A stretch of 36,735 nt of DNA from assembly GCA_038320085.1 (NCBI GenBank), contig JBBQDW010000003.1:1-36735 (forward strand), read 5' to 3'. Positions 9,167 to 18,095 of this stretch are shown in pieces. The DNA is from Candidatus Humimicrobiales bacterium (GTDB lineage: Bacteria; Actinomycetota; Humimicrobiia; Humimicrobiales; Humimicrobiaceae). Every line of letters begins with the position of its first letter. Positions within the stretch are counted from its first letter, which is position 1. Below the pieces are notes generated by a model. It searched no databases, was not told the origin of the DNA, and worked only from the letters and a program-made list of their open reading frames with translations. The translations under genes and the position numbers were made by a program.

Positions 9167-12100
9167 ATGGCAACAGCTATAGAAAACCTGAAAAGTATCA
9201 AACAGGGAGCAATACAGGACCTTATAGAAAAAGGCCTGCTTTCTGCCACTCGAATTTACGTAGGTATGTCTACGTGTGAGATTGCTGCAGGAAGCAAAGA
9301 TGTGTGGGATACTTTTCAGAAAGAGATCGCGGACAATTCGATAAAAGATATACAGTTAAAGCAGAAAGGCTGCGCCGGAAGATGTAACCTTGAACCGACT
9401 GTCGAAGTTTTGCAGGCAGGAAAGGTGCCATTCAAATACATAAACGTAAACAGCGAAAAAGCAAAAGAGATTATTAAAAAACATATTCTCGAAAACAATG
9501 TCCAGTCAGCAGAAAGATCAGAAAGCTTAAAAACGGATCCCTTCATGCTGACAGACAGGTCAAAGTTTGTTTTCGGTGATGTTGATTTTTTTAGCAAGCA
9601 GAAAAGAATCACCCTTAGAAACTGCGGGATCATTGATCCTGAAAGCATTGATGATTATCTTTCCGTAAGAGGCTATGAATCTTTAGCGAAAGTACTTACA
9701 GAATACACCCCAGCGCAGGTAATTGAAGAGATAACCAAATCCGGACTAAGAGGCAGGGGCGGGGGAGGCTTTCCGACAGGGCTCAAATGGAAACTTGTCG
9801 CACAGGAAGAGGAGAAGGAAAAATATGTCATCTGCAATGCCGACGAAGGTGATCCGGGCGCATTTATGGACAGAAGCGCCCTTGAAGGAGATCCGCATAT
9901 TGTGCTTGAAGGCATGGTGATAGCAGGCTATGCAATTGGCGCAAAAAAAGGTTTTGTCTATATAAGGGCAGAATATCCTCTTGCAATTGACAGGCTGAGG
10001 ATCGCAATAAAAGATGCAGAAAAATACGGATTTTTAGGCAAAAATATCCTGGGTACGGGGTATGATTTTGATATAGAGCTTGTACTTGGGGCTGGAGCAT
10101 TTGTCTGCGGCGAGGAAACAGCGCTGATACACTCGATAGAGGGAGGCAGGGGCGTTCCGACAACAAAACCGCCTTATCCTGCTGCGCGTGGGCTCTGGGG
10201 CAAGCCGACCCTTATAAATAATGTGGAAACATTTGCAAATATAGGCGTAATAATACTTGACGGTTACGAGAATTTTGCTTTAATCGGCACAAAAGAAAGC
10301 AAGGGCACAAAGGTTTTTGCGCTTTCTGGAAAGGTCAATAATACCGGGCTCATAGAAGTGCCGATGGGTATTACTTTAAGAGAGATTGTCTATGATATCG
10401 GCGGCGGCATAAAAGACAACAAGAAATTTAAGGCATTGCTGACAGGCGGACCCTCCGGCGGATGCATACCGGAGGAATTTCTTGACAGTACGGTAGATTA
10501 TGATTCTTTAAAAGCGCTGGGCTCTATTATGGGTTCAGGCGGGATGATAGTGCTTGATGAAGATGACTGTATGATAGATATTGCACGATATTTTCTTGAG
10601 TTTACACAGAATGAATCCTGCGGGAAATGTACCCCCTGCCGCGAAGGCACTAAAAGAATGCTTGAGATATTGACCAGGATCACTTCCGGAAATGGGGAGC
10701 AAGAAGACATCGATAATCTGATGCGCCTTGCAAATCTTATAAAAAAGACAGCGCTTTGCGGGCTCGGACAGTCTGCACCAAATCCGGTACTGACAACAAT
10801 GAAATATTTTAAAAATGAATATGATGAACATGTGAGATTAAAAAAATGCAGGGCAGCGGTGTGTAAGGGCATAATCTCATCTCCTTGCCAGCACTCATGT
10901 TTTATCGGCGGCAGCGGTATCCCTTCCTACATAGGCCTTATGGCCCAGGAAAAATTTGATAAGGCTGTACAGATACTTTACAGCGAAAATCCTTTGCCGA
11001 TTATTTGCGGGAGGGTGTGCCATCATCCATGTGAAAGCAAATGCAGGAGAGGGAAAATAGACAAACCTATAGCCATAAGGGAAATCAAGAGATTTCTTAC
11101 CGACTATGCCATGGAAAACAAGTTGGACAGCATGCCGGTCCCTAATGCGGCAAAAGACGGGAAAGTCGCTATTATCGGTTCGGGCCCTGCAGGACTTACA
11201 TGCGCTTACTATCTTGCGCTTGAAGGCTATAAAGTTACTATTTTTGAAAAACTGCCTGTTGCCGGAGGAATGCTTGCTGTTGCAATACCGGAATACAGGC
11301 TTCCAAAAGCATTGCTCAAATACGAAATAAATAATATTTTAAGCCTTGGAGTTCAGCTTAAATTAAATACTGAAATCGGAAAAGATATAAGTTTTTCTGA
11401 TATCAAAAAAGAATTTAATGCAATATTTATTGCAGCAGGAGCCCATAAAGGATTAAAACTTGGTATTCCAGGTGAAGATTTGCCTGGAGTAATAGACGCA
11501 GTCGAACTGCTCAGGGATATAAATCTTGGTAAAAAAGTAAATATCGGGCAAAAGGCAGCTGTGATAGGCGGAGGAAATGCTGCAATAGATGCAGTCAGGA
11601 CTTTAAACAGGCTTGGCGTAAAGGCGGACCTTCTTTACAGAAGAACCAAAAATGAAATGCCTGCCTGGCAGGAAGAAATAGACGAAGCCATAAAAGAAGG
11701 CATAAATATACAGTATCTGGTGGCTCCGGTAAGAGTGATTGCTGAAAACGGCAGGGTCAAAAAACTTGAGTGCATCAGGATGGAGCTTGGTGACATAGAC
11801 AAAAGCGGAAGACGTCGTCCTGTGCCAAAGCAAGGCTCAGAATTTATCATTGAAATAGACACTCTTGTCCCGGCTATAAGCCAGGAACCTGATATTGGCT
11901 TTGTTTCAAGTGAAAACGGCGGAGGAATCAAGCTCTCAAAATGGAAGACTATAGAGGTCAATAATGAGACTTATTATACCGGCTCAGAAGGTATTTTTGC
12001 AGGCGGGGATGTTGTGCTTGGCCCCAAAACAGTTACTGAGGCCATGTCTCATGGAAAGGTTGCAGCCGGGATGATAGACAAATATATAAAGGGTGAAGAG

Positions 12101-12319
12101 CTTACCAGGGAATACAGCGTTACAAAGCCCGCTGCTGATGTCGCCATTGTAGAAATGACGGAAGAGGAAATCGAAAGCCTTGAAAGATTTGATATCCCAA
12201 TGCTTGAAATGGCTCAAAGAAAAGGCAATTTTATTGAAACAGAATTAGGGTTTTCCATGCACCAGGCTGTATGTGAAGCAAAGCACTGCTTAAGGTGCGA
12301 TAAGGAGGAAAAAGAATAA
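9167..12319 (+). CDS. hydB: HydB/NuoF-type FMN/NADH subunit fused to a GltD/NfnB-like FAD/NADP(H) oxidoreductase module
   Basis: N-terminal thioredoxin-like FeS domain (VGMSTC..GCAGRC), SGLRGRGGGGFP, CNADEGDPGAFMD, FVCGEETAL, ESCGKCTPCREG; then CGRVC..PCESKC, GSGPAG, GIPGE, GGGNAAID, YRR, FAGGD. Confidence 0.9.
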   Translation: MATAIENLKSIKQGAIQDLIEKGLLSATRIYVGMSTCEIAAGSKDVWDTFQKEIADNSIKDIQLKQKGCAGRCNLEPTVEVLQAGKVPFKYINVNSEKAKEIIKKHILENNVQSAERSESLKTDPFMLTDRSKFVFGDVDFFSKQKRITLRNCGIIDPESIDDYLSVRGYESLAKVLTEYTPAQVIEEITKSGLRGRGGGGFPTGLKWKLVAQEEEKEKYVICNADEGDPGAFMDRSALEGDPHIVLEGMVIAGYAIGAKKGFVYIRAEYPLAIDRLRIAIKDAEKYGFLGKNILGTGYDFDIELVLGAGAFVCGEETALIHSIEGGRGVPTTKPPYPAARGLWGKPTLINNVETFANIGVIILDGYENFALIGTKESKGTKVFALSGKVNNTGLIEVPMGITLREIVYDIGGGIKDNKKFKALLTGGPSGGCIPEEFLDSTVDYDSLKALGSIMGSGGMIVLDEDDCMIDIARYFLEFTQNESCGKCTPCREGTKRMLEILTRITSGNGEQEDIDNLMRLANLIKKTALCGLGQSAPNPVLTTMKYFKNEYDEHVRLKKCRAAVCKGIISSPCQHSCFIGGSGIPSYIGLMAQEKFDKAVQILYSENPLPIICGRVCHHPCESKCRRGKIDKPIAIREIKRFLTDYAMENKLDSMPVPNAAKDGKVAIIGSGPAGLTCAYYLALEGYKVTIFEKLPVAGGMLAVAIPEYRLPKALLKYEINNILSLGVQLKLNTEIGKDISFSDIKKEFNAIFIAAGAHKGLKLGIPGEDLPGVIDAVELLRDINLGKKVNIGQKAAVIGGGNAAIDAVRTLNRLGVKADLLYRRTKNEMPAWQEEIDEAIKEGINIQYLVAPVRVIAENGRVKKLECIRMELGDIDKSGRRRPVPKQGSEFIIEIDTLVPAISQEPDIGFVSSENGGGIKLSKWKTIEVNNETYYTGSEGIFAGGDVVLGPKTVTEAMSHGKVAAGMIDKYIKGEELTREYSVTKPAADVAIVEMTEEEIESLERFDIPMLEMAQRKGNFIETELGFSMHQAVCEAKHCLRCDKEEKE

Positions 12320-14079
12320 TGAGCGATACTATAAAAATTAATGTAAATAACAAGGATTACGATGTTGAGTCCGGCCAGACAATTATGCAGGCCCTTGACA
12401 AAATAGGCTTTCATCTCCCAAGGCTATGTTATCATCCGAAGCTTTCTGTTGAAGGAGCATGCAGGATTTGCATTGTAGAGGTCGAAGGTAATGCAAATTA
12501 TGTTACTAGCTGTACTGCAAAAGTTGCTGAGGGTATGAAGGTAAAGACAAATACTTCAGATTTAAGAAAAGCAAGAAGGGATTTGCTTGAGCTGATTTTG
12601 GATAACCACCCGATCGACTGCAATACCTGTGAAAGAGACAGCAACTGCGAGCTTCAGAAGGTTTCCAGGTCAATCGGTATTAAAAAAAGACATTTTTCCG
12701 GTGAAAAAAAATTATATGATATAGATCTTTCTTCTCCTTCAATTACAAGGGATCCTAATAAATGTATACTTTGCGGAAGATGCGTCAGGCTTTGCGCCGA
12801 GATCCAGGGGGTTAATGCAATAAACTTTGCCGGCAGGGGATTTAACAGTGTGGTCATGACAGCGTACAACAATCCCATAAGCAGCTCAGTTTGTATAAAT
12901 TGCGGCCAGTGCATAAATGTATGCCCCACTGCAGCTCTTTCTGAAAAGTATTATACCGTAGAGCTCTTCAGGGAGCTGTCCAGTGATAAAAAGTTGAAAA
13001 TCGTCCAGGTGGCGCCAGCCGTCAGGGCCGCTATAGGTGAAGCATTCGGATTTCCTGCAGGGACAAATTTTGAAAAACAGACAGTGGCCGCGCTTAGAAA
13101 ACTTGGTTTTGACCTTGTCTTTGATACCCAGTTTTCTGCGGACCTGACTATAATGGAAGAAGGCTATGAATTCCTGGAGAGATTTACAACCGGCAGAGAT
13201 CTGCCAATGATCACATCTTGTTCACCGGCATGGATAAAGTATGCAGAGCAGTTCCATCCGGAAATACTGCCTAATATATCAACCTGTAAGTCTCCCATGA
13301 GTATGCAGAGCTCAGTGTTGAAGACCTATTATGCGCAAAAGAGGGGGATTGACCCGAAAGATATTTTAAGCGTTGCAATAATGCCATGCACAGCTAAAAA
13401 ATATGAGGCCGATAGGGAAGAACTCAGCCTTGACGGTGTCAAGCTTACTGACATAGTTGTCACAACAAGAGAGATTGCATGGATGATAAAGTCAGCAGGG
13501 ATTGATTTGGCAAAAACTGAAGGAGAGGAATTTGATAATCTGTTCGGATTCTCAAGCGGCGCTGCTACTATTTTTGGTGTAACCGGAGGAGTAATGGAAG
13601 CAGCCCTAAGGACAGCTTATGAAGTATATATGGGTGAATCGATTATCGATCTTGAGTTTGCCGCTCTGCGTGGTTTTGAAGGCATAAAGGAAGCAAAGGT
13701 AATGCTTGGCGATAAAGAAGTCAGGGTCGCAGTGGCGCATGGCCTTGGAAATGCAAATATCGTAATAGACATGATGAAAAAAGATCCAAACAGATTTCAT
13801 TTTATTGAGATAATGTCATGTCCGGGAGGATGTATCAATGGCGGGGGCCAGCCTTATGCCGGTTCAGAATACGTTGCTTTGGACGAGGAGCTTCTAAAGA
13901 AAAGGGCAAGTGTTTTATACGCGCTTGACAGGGCCAAAACCATTAGAAGAAGCCATGAAAATCCTGAGATACAGAGGATTTACAAGGAATTTTTTGAAAG
14001 GCCATTGGGGCCGAAATCTCATAAAATCCTGCATACACATTATAAGCAGAAATATCCGACAGGTGTGTATAAAAAATAA
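12319..14079 (+). CDS. hydA: [FeFe]-hydrogenase catalytic subunit, group A, with 2Fe-2S, His-ligated 4Fe-4S and 2x4Fe-4S domains
   Basis: H-cluster motifs TSCSPAW, MPCTAKKYE, EIMSCPGGCINGGGQP; HPIDCNTC..C, CILCGRC, CINCGQC; C-terminal SHENP..LHT. Confidence 0.95.
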   Translation: MSDTIKINVNNKDYDVESGQTIMQALDKIGFHLPRLCYHPKLSVEGACRICIVEVEGNANYVTSCTAKVAEGMKVKTNTSDLRKARRDLLELILDNHPIDCNTCERDSNCELQKVSRSIGIKKRHFSGEKKLYDIDLSSPSITRDPNKCILCGRCVRLCAEIQGVNAINFAGRGFNSVVMTAYNNPISSSVCINCGQCINVCPTAALSEKYYTVELFRELSSDKKLKIVQVAPAVRAAIGEAFGFPAGTNFEKQTVAALRKLGFDLVFDTQFSADLTIMEEGYEFLERFTTGRDLPMITSCSPAWIKYAEQFHPEILPNISTCKSPMSMQSSVLKTYYAQKRGIDPKDILSVAIMPCTAKKYEADREELSLDGVKLTDIVVTTREIAWMIKSAGIDLAKTEGEEFDNLFGFSSGAATIFGVTGGVMEAALRTAYEVYMGESIIDLEFAALRGFEGIKEAKVMLGDKEVRVAVAHGLGNANIVIDMMKKDPNRFHFIEIMSCPGGCINGGGQPYAGSEYVALDEELLKKRASVLYALDRAKTIRRSHENPEIQRIYKEFFERPLGPKSHKILHTHYKQKYPTGVYKK

Positions 14080-14141
14080 ACTTAAAAGTTTTGAAGGGAT
14101 TATTTTTAATTAAGTGATAATGTTAGGATAAGAGGTAAGAA

Positions 14142-14675
14142 ATGGAAAATGTTATGCAAACAAGTGAAACTGTCAGCAATAAAAAATCAGAGCTTATAAG
14201 CTTTATTTCAGAAAAGCATGAAAAGGGCTATTACAATGCGGCGCTGATGTCTATTCTTCATAAAGCGCAGGAAATCTATGGCTACATAAGTGAGGAAGCC
14301 ATAGATACAATCAGCACGAAGATGGAGATACCGTCTGCACGTATCTGGGGCATAGTGACTTTTTATCATTACTTTACATTGATACCAAGAGGGAAATATA
14401 TAATATCTGTTTGCCTTGGGACTGCCTGTTATGTAAAGGGTTCAAAGCGGGTGCTAAACAAACTTAAAGAAATACTTGGTACCGAACTTAATGAAACCAC
14501 TTCGGATGGATTGTTTACAATAGAAGCAAAATACTGTCTTGGCTGCTGCGGACTTGCGCCTGTAATGATGATAAATGGTAAAGTCTATGAGAAACTGACA
14601 ACAAAAAAAATAGCTGCAATCATACATGGGTTAAGGGCCGAAAGCGATTTGGATTTTGCCGCCGCTGTAAACTAA
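14142..14675 (+). CDS. hydC: HydC/NuoE-type 2Fe-2S subunit
   Basis: LHKAQEIYGY, VTFYHYF, VCLGTACYVKG, CLGCCGLAP. Confidence 0.93.
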   Translation: MENVMQTSETVSNKKSELISFISEKHEKGYYNAALMSILHKAQEIYGYISEEAIDTISTKMEIPSARIWGIVTFYHYFTLIPRGKYIISVCLGTACYVKGSKRVLNKLKEILGTELNETTSDGLFTIEAKYCLGCCGLAPVMMINGKVYEKLTTKKIAAIIHGLRAESDLDFAAAVN

Positions 14676-14686
14676 AGTCTGCTATT

Positions 14687-14750
14687 TTGCAGTTTTTATT
14701 TGTTGTTATTGTTACATATTTTATTTAAAATATTGCAGTTTTTATTTGTT
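14687..14750 (+). repeat. Exact 18-nt direct repeat TTGCAGTTTTTATTTGTT (x2)
   Basis: Copies at 14687-14704 and 14733-14750; related sequence at 7954. Confidence 0.75.
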
Positions 14751-14808
14751 TAATTTTTAATAATCTAGTATCTTAATAAAAGTTTAATTTTACAGGAGGT
14801 ATATCCAA

Positions 14809-15195
14809 ATGAGTGGGAAAAAGATTCTTATTATTGATGATGACCCGGATTTTGTAGATTCGATAACAGCAGTGCTTGAAGCAAGAGACTATAAGGTGGA
14901 ATCTGCTCCGGATGGCACGGAAGGTTTCAAAAAAGCAAAGGAAATAATTCCTGACCTTATAATTCTTGATGTTATGATGACAAAAAACACTGAAGGTTTT
15001 GAAGTAAGCAGAGAATTCCAGAAAGATGAAGATTTAAAATCAGTACCGATAATAATGATTACCGGCATCAGGGAACAGATGAACCTGGCTTTCGGCTTTG
15101 AGCCTGACGGCACATGGCTCCCTGTTAAAGCTGTACTTGAAAAAACAATAAAGCCCGACCAGCTTCTGGCAAAAGTCGCAGAGTTTATAAATTAG
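14809..15195 (+). CDS. Stand-alone response regulator receiver (CheY-like)
   Basis: ILIIDDD, DLIILDVMM, PIIMIT, conserved Lys in LEKT; AGGAGGT RBS; no output domain. Confidence 0.92.
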   Translation: MSGKKILIIDDDPDFVDSITAVLEARDYKVESAPDGTEGFKKAKEIIPDLIILDVMMTKNTEGFEVSREFQKDEDLKSVPIIMITGIREQMNLAFGFEPDGTWLPVKAVLEKTIKPDQLLAKVAEFIN

Positions 15196-15221
15196 TTATA
15201 AATTAATTTTAAGTTGTTTCG

Positions 15222-15275
15222 GCTGATAATTTTGCCGAGATTGATGATTTTACAGTGGCTGGTGATTTTGCAGAT
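15222..15275. repeat. Degenerate 18-nt tandem repeat (x3)
   Basis: gctgataattttgccgag / attgatgattttacagtg / gctggtgattttgcagat. Confidence 0.6.
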
Positions 15276-15431
15276 TCTGAAACGTTTACGATAAAAAAAG
15301 CTTTCGATGAGTAAAAGATTATTCATTCGAAATGATGCCTGATTTCAAAATATTTTAATTAATTCTATAAATTGATGTGGTTTTAACTTAAAATTAATCT
15401 TTAATATAGTATTATCTAAGAAGGGAGACAA

Positions 15432-16460
15432 ATGCTTTATAAAGTTCTGGACAAGAATAATTATAAGGATTTCTTATCCGGCCTAATTAAAAATTATAAT
15501 GTGATAGGGCCAAAAAAAATAAATAAGGTCCTGCATGATTTTTTACCGGTTAAAAATTTTGACGAAATCGATCTTGGCTATGTAAAAACAACACTTCCTC
15601 CTGCAAAAAAAATATTATTTCCATCAGAAGAAGGGCTTATAAGCTATACTACAAATAATATTAAGATAGAGCCTTTAAACGAGAGTGAAGAAAAAATACT
15701 TTTTGGTATAAATGCCTGGGATTTAAACGGAATGAATTTTCTTGACAGGATATTTACAACCGATTTTATTGACGATAATTATGTGGAAAAAAGGGAAAAG
15801 CTGATTGTCATAGGAATGGATACCACTCCTTCTGATACTAATTTTGCAACTGAAATGGGTTCAGAATATGCCAACTCTGGATTTGACCTTTTCATGACAG
15901 ATATTGGCAGCAAATATTTTATAAGAGTTGCCACACCAAAAGGAACGGAACTTTTATCAAAATTTGCAAAGGTAAAAGAAGCTGCTGCAGCAGATTTCAA
16001 TGCTTACGATAAATTTAAAGAAGCCTACCAAAGCAAATTTAAAGTTTCTGCTGATGTAAGTAATTTTCATGAAAATTTTGAAGTGATATATGGCAAAAAT
16101 GAGTTATGGGACAGGCTTTCAAAAAACTGTTTTTCCTGCGGTTCCTGCAACCTTGTCTGCCCGACTTGTTTTTGTTTTAACGTGAAAGATGATATGAAAA
16201 TCGATTTAGAGACAGGTATTAAGTCACGTGAATGGGACTCTTGTATGATACCGGATTACGGACTTGTTGCCGGGGGGCATAATTTCAGGCCGAACAGGGC
16301 AAACAGGTTAAAGCAGCGTTACAGATGCAAGCTTAAAACATTCGTTGATAAATTCGGGACAAATTCCTGCATCGGATGCGGGAGATGTGTTGAGACATGC
16401 CTTGCCAAAATAAATATTTATGAAGATATTAATGCAATAAAGGAAGAGGTGAGTTTGTAA
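15432..16460 (+). CDS. Group 3b [NiFe]-hydrogenase beta subunit (AsrA-like 4Fe-4S protein)
   Basis: CFSCGSCNLVCPTCFCF, WDSC, CIGCGRCVETC; first of four contiguous subunit genes. Confidence 0.9.
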   Translation: MLYKVLDKNNYKDFLSGLIKNYNVIGPKKINKVLHDFLPVKNFDEIDLGYVKTTLPPAKKILFPSEEGLISYTTNNIKIEPLNESEEKILFGINAWDLNGMNFLDRIFTTDFIDDNYVEKREKLIVIGMDTTPSDTNFATEMGSEYANSGFDLFMTDIGSKYFIRVATPKGTELLSKFAKVKEAAAADFNAYDKFKEAYQSKFKVSADVSNFHENFEVIYGKNELWDRLSKNCFSCGSCNLVCPTCFCFNVKDDMKIDLETGIKSREWDSCMIPDYGLVAGGHNFRPNRANRLKQRYRCKLKTFVDKFGTNSCIGCGRCVETCLAKINIYEDINAIKEEVSL

Positions 16461-16462
16461 AA

Positions 16463-17323
16463 ATGGTATTGGAAATGGCAGAAAAAACAAAAAATCAACC
16501 TTTATATGTTCCGGATATAGCTACTATTACAGAAACGGAAGATCTCACCCCGACAGAAAAAAAGTTTGTTATCCGGTTTGACGATAAAGAAAAAAGGGAA
16601 CAGTTTACGTTTTTACCGGGGCAGTTTTTAGAAGTCACTGTTTTTGGAATAGGTGAGGCCCCATTTTCAATTCCTTCGTCTCCAAACCAAAAGGGCTCTT
16701 TTGAATTATGCGTAAGGAATATAGGAAGTGTCTCAGGCGCAATGCATAAATTAATGGTGGGAGCCAAAATAGGGATAAGGGGCCCCTTTGGAAAAGGCTA
16801 TTTTCCATATGAAAAAATGAAAGGAAATAATGTCGTTATAATTGCCGGAGGATTAGGCCTTGCTCCTGTACGCTCCCTTATAAAACTTATTCTTGAGGAC
16901 AGAAAAAGTTATAAAGGGCTTACATTGATCTACGGTTGCGTGGAACCAAATCTTTTACTTTATAAAGATGAAGTACAAGAATTAAAGAAAAGGGATGATA
17001 TTGACGTTATGCTTACTGTTGACAGGCCTGACGAGAATTGGAATGAATCAGTAGGAGTATGCACCAATCTTATTCCGGGACTTAAATATCTTCCCGAAGA
17101 TACTTATGCAGTCGTATGCGGCCCTCCGATAATGTACCGGTTTGTAATGATTGAGCTTGAGGAAAAGAAATATAAGCCGGAAAATATCTTTCTTGATATG
17201 GAAAGAAGAATGGAATGCGGAGTCGGCAAATGCAACCACTGTCACATAGGTGATAAATTATGTTGTGTTGACGGCCCGATATTCAGTTTATGGGAAATTA
17301 AGAACTTAAAGGAGGCATTATAA
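16463..17323 (+). CDS. Group 3b [NiFe]-hydrogenase gamma subunit (FAD/NAD(P)-binding, AsrB-like)
   Basis: PGQF, GEAPFSI, RGPFG, AGGLGLAP, CGPPIM, ERRMECGVGKCNHC, DGP. Confidence 0.92.
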   Translation: MVLEMAEKTKNQPLYVPDIATITETEDLTPTEKKFVIRFDDKEKREQFTFLPGQFLEVTVFGIGEAPFSIPSSPNQKGSFELCVRNIGSVSGAMHKLMVGAKIGIRGPFGKGYFPYEKMKGNNVVIIAGGLGLAPVRSLIKLILEDRKSYKGLTLIYGCVEPNLLLYKDEVQELKKRDDIDVMLTVDRPDENWNESVGVCTNLIPGLKYLPEDTYAVVCGPPIMYRFVMIELEEKKYKPENIFLDMERRMECGVGKCNHCHIGDKLCCVDGPIFSLWEIKNLKEAL

Positions 17324-18073
17324 ATGAGTAAGCCAAAAGTTGGAGTATTTGGTCTGACCGGCTGCGGCGGCTGCCAGCTTGAAATACTAAATCTTGAAGA
17401 TCAGCTGATAGATTTTATTAGTGCTGTTGACATTGTTCATTTTACAGAGGCCATTTCTGAGCATAGTGATACATATGAGATAGCTTTGGTTGAAGGCTCT
17501 GTTACAACCATGCATGATGTTGAGAGGCTTGAACATATCGGTAAAATAGCAAAAATCATAATAGCGGTTGGAGCATGCGCAAGCACCGGAGGGCTAAACT
17601 GCTTGAAAAACCTATATGGCACCGAAAGGGCCAAAGAGCTTGTTTATGGCGATAAAAAAGGATGGATAGATTCCATAGATACAAAACCTATAAGCGATTA
17701 TGTAAAAGTGGACTATCATGCAAGGGGATGTCCTCCCACAAGATCTGAAATAGTGGATATTGTAAGCGCACTGATAATGGGAAAAGTTCCTGAAATACCA
17801 AGTTATCCGGTTTGTGTGGAGTGTAAAAGGCTTGGAAATACATGTCTTTATGAATTTGGCATACGCTGTATGGGACCTGTTGCTAGAGCCGGCTGCAACG
17901 CAAGGTGTCCAAGCGCAAAATACAGTTGTGTCGCATGCCGCGGGTCGATAGATGATCCGAACGTAAATGCCCAGAAAGATCTTCTTTCACAATATGGACT
18001 TACAGTTGAAGACATTATGGAAGGTTTTAACCTTTATAACGCTTGTGTAAAAATAGAACAAAAATCTAAATAA
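17324..18073 (+). CDS. Group 3b [NiFe]-hydrogenase small (delta) subunit
   Basis: GCGGCQ, VEGS, GACASTGG, GCPP, VCVEC..CMGPVARAGC..CP..CVACRG. Confidence 0.93.
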   Translation: MSKPKVGVFGLTGCGGCQLEILNLEDQLIDFISAVDIVHFTEAISEHSDTYEIALVEGSVTTMHDVERLEHIGKIAKIIIAVGACASTGGLNCLKNLYGTERAKELVYGDKKGWIDSIDTKPISDYVKVDYHARGCPPTRSEIVDIVSALIMGKVPEIPSYPVCVECKRLGNTCLYEFGIRCMGPVARAGCNARCPSAKYSCVACRGSIDDPNVNAQKDLLSQYGLTVEDIMEGFNLYNACVKIEQKSK

Positions 18074-18095
18074 TTATTTTTTGGAGGTCAACGAT

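Noticed and set aside
13210-13235. TSCSP instead of TSCCP as a sign of an inactive hydrogenase
   Set aside because: This variant is common in multimeric group A enzymes and the other H-cluster motifs are intact
9167-14675. Respiratory complex I nuoEFG
   Set aside because: The partner has full H-cluster motifs and no membrane nuo genes are present
15199-15241. Sigma-28 promoter for the [NiFe] operon (TAAA...GCTGATAA / GCCGAGAT)
   Set aside because: Spacing is 19-20 nt rather than about 15-16, and the matches fall within an 18-nt repeat
15432-17323. Anaerobic sulfite reductase asrAB
   Set aside because: No siroheme AsrC; followed directly by [NiFe] small and large subunits
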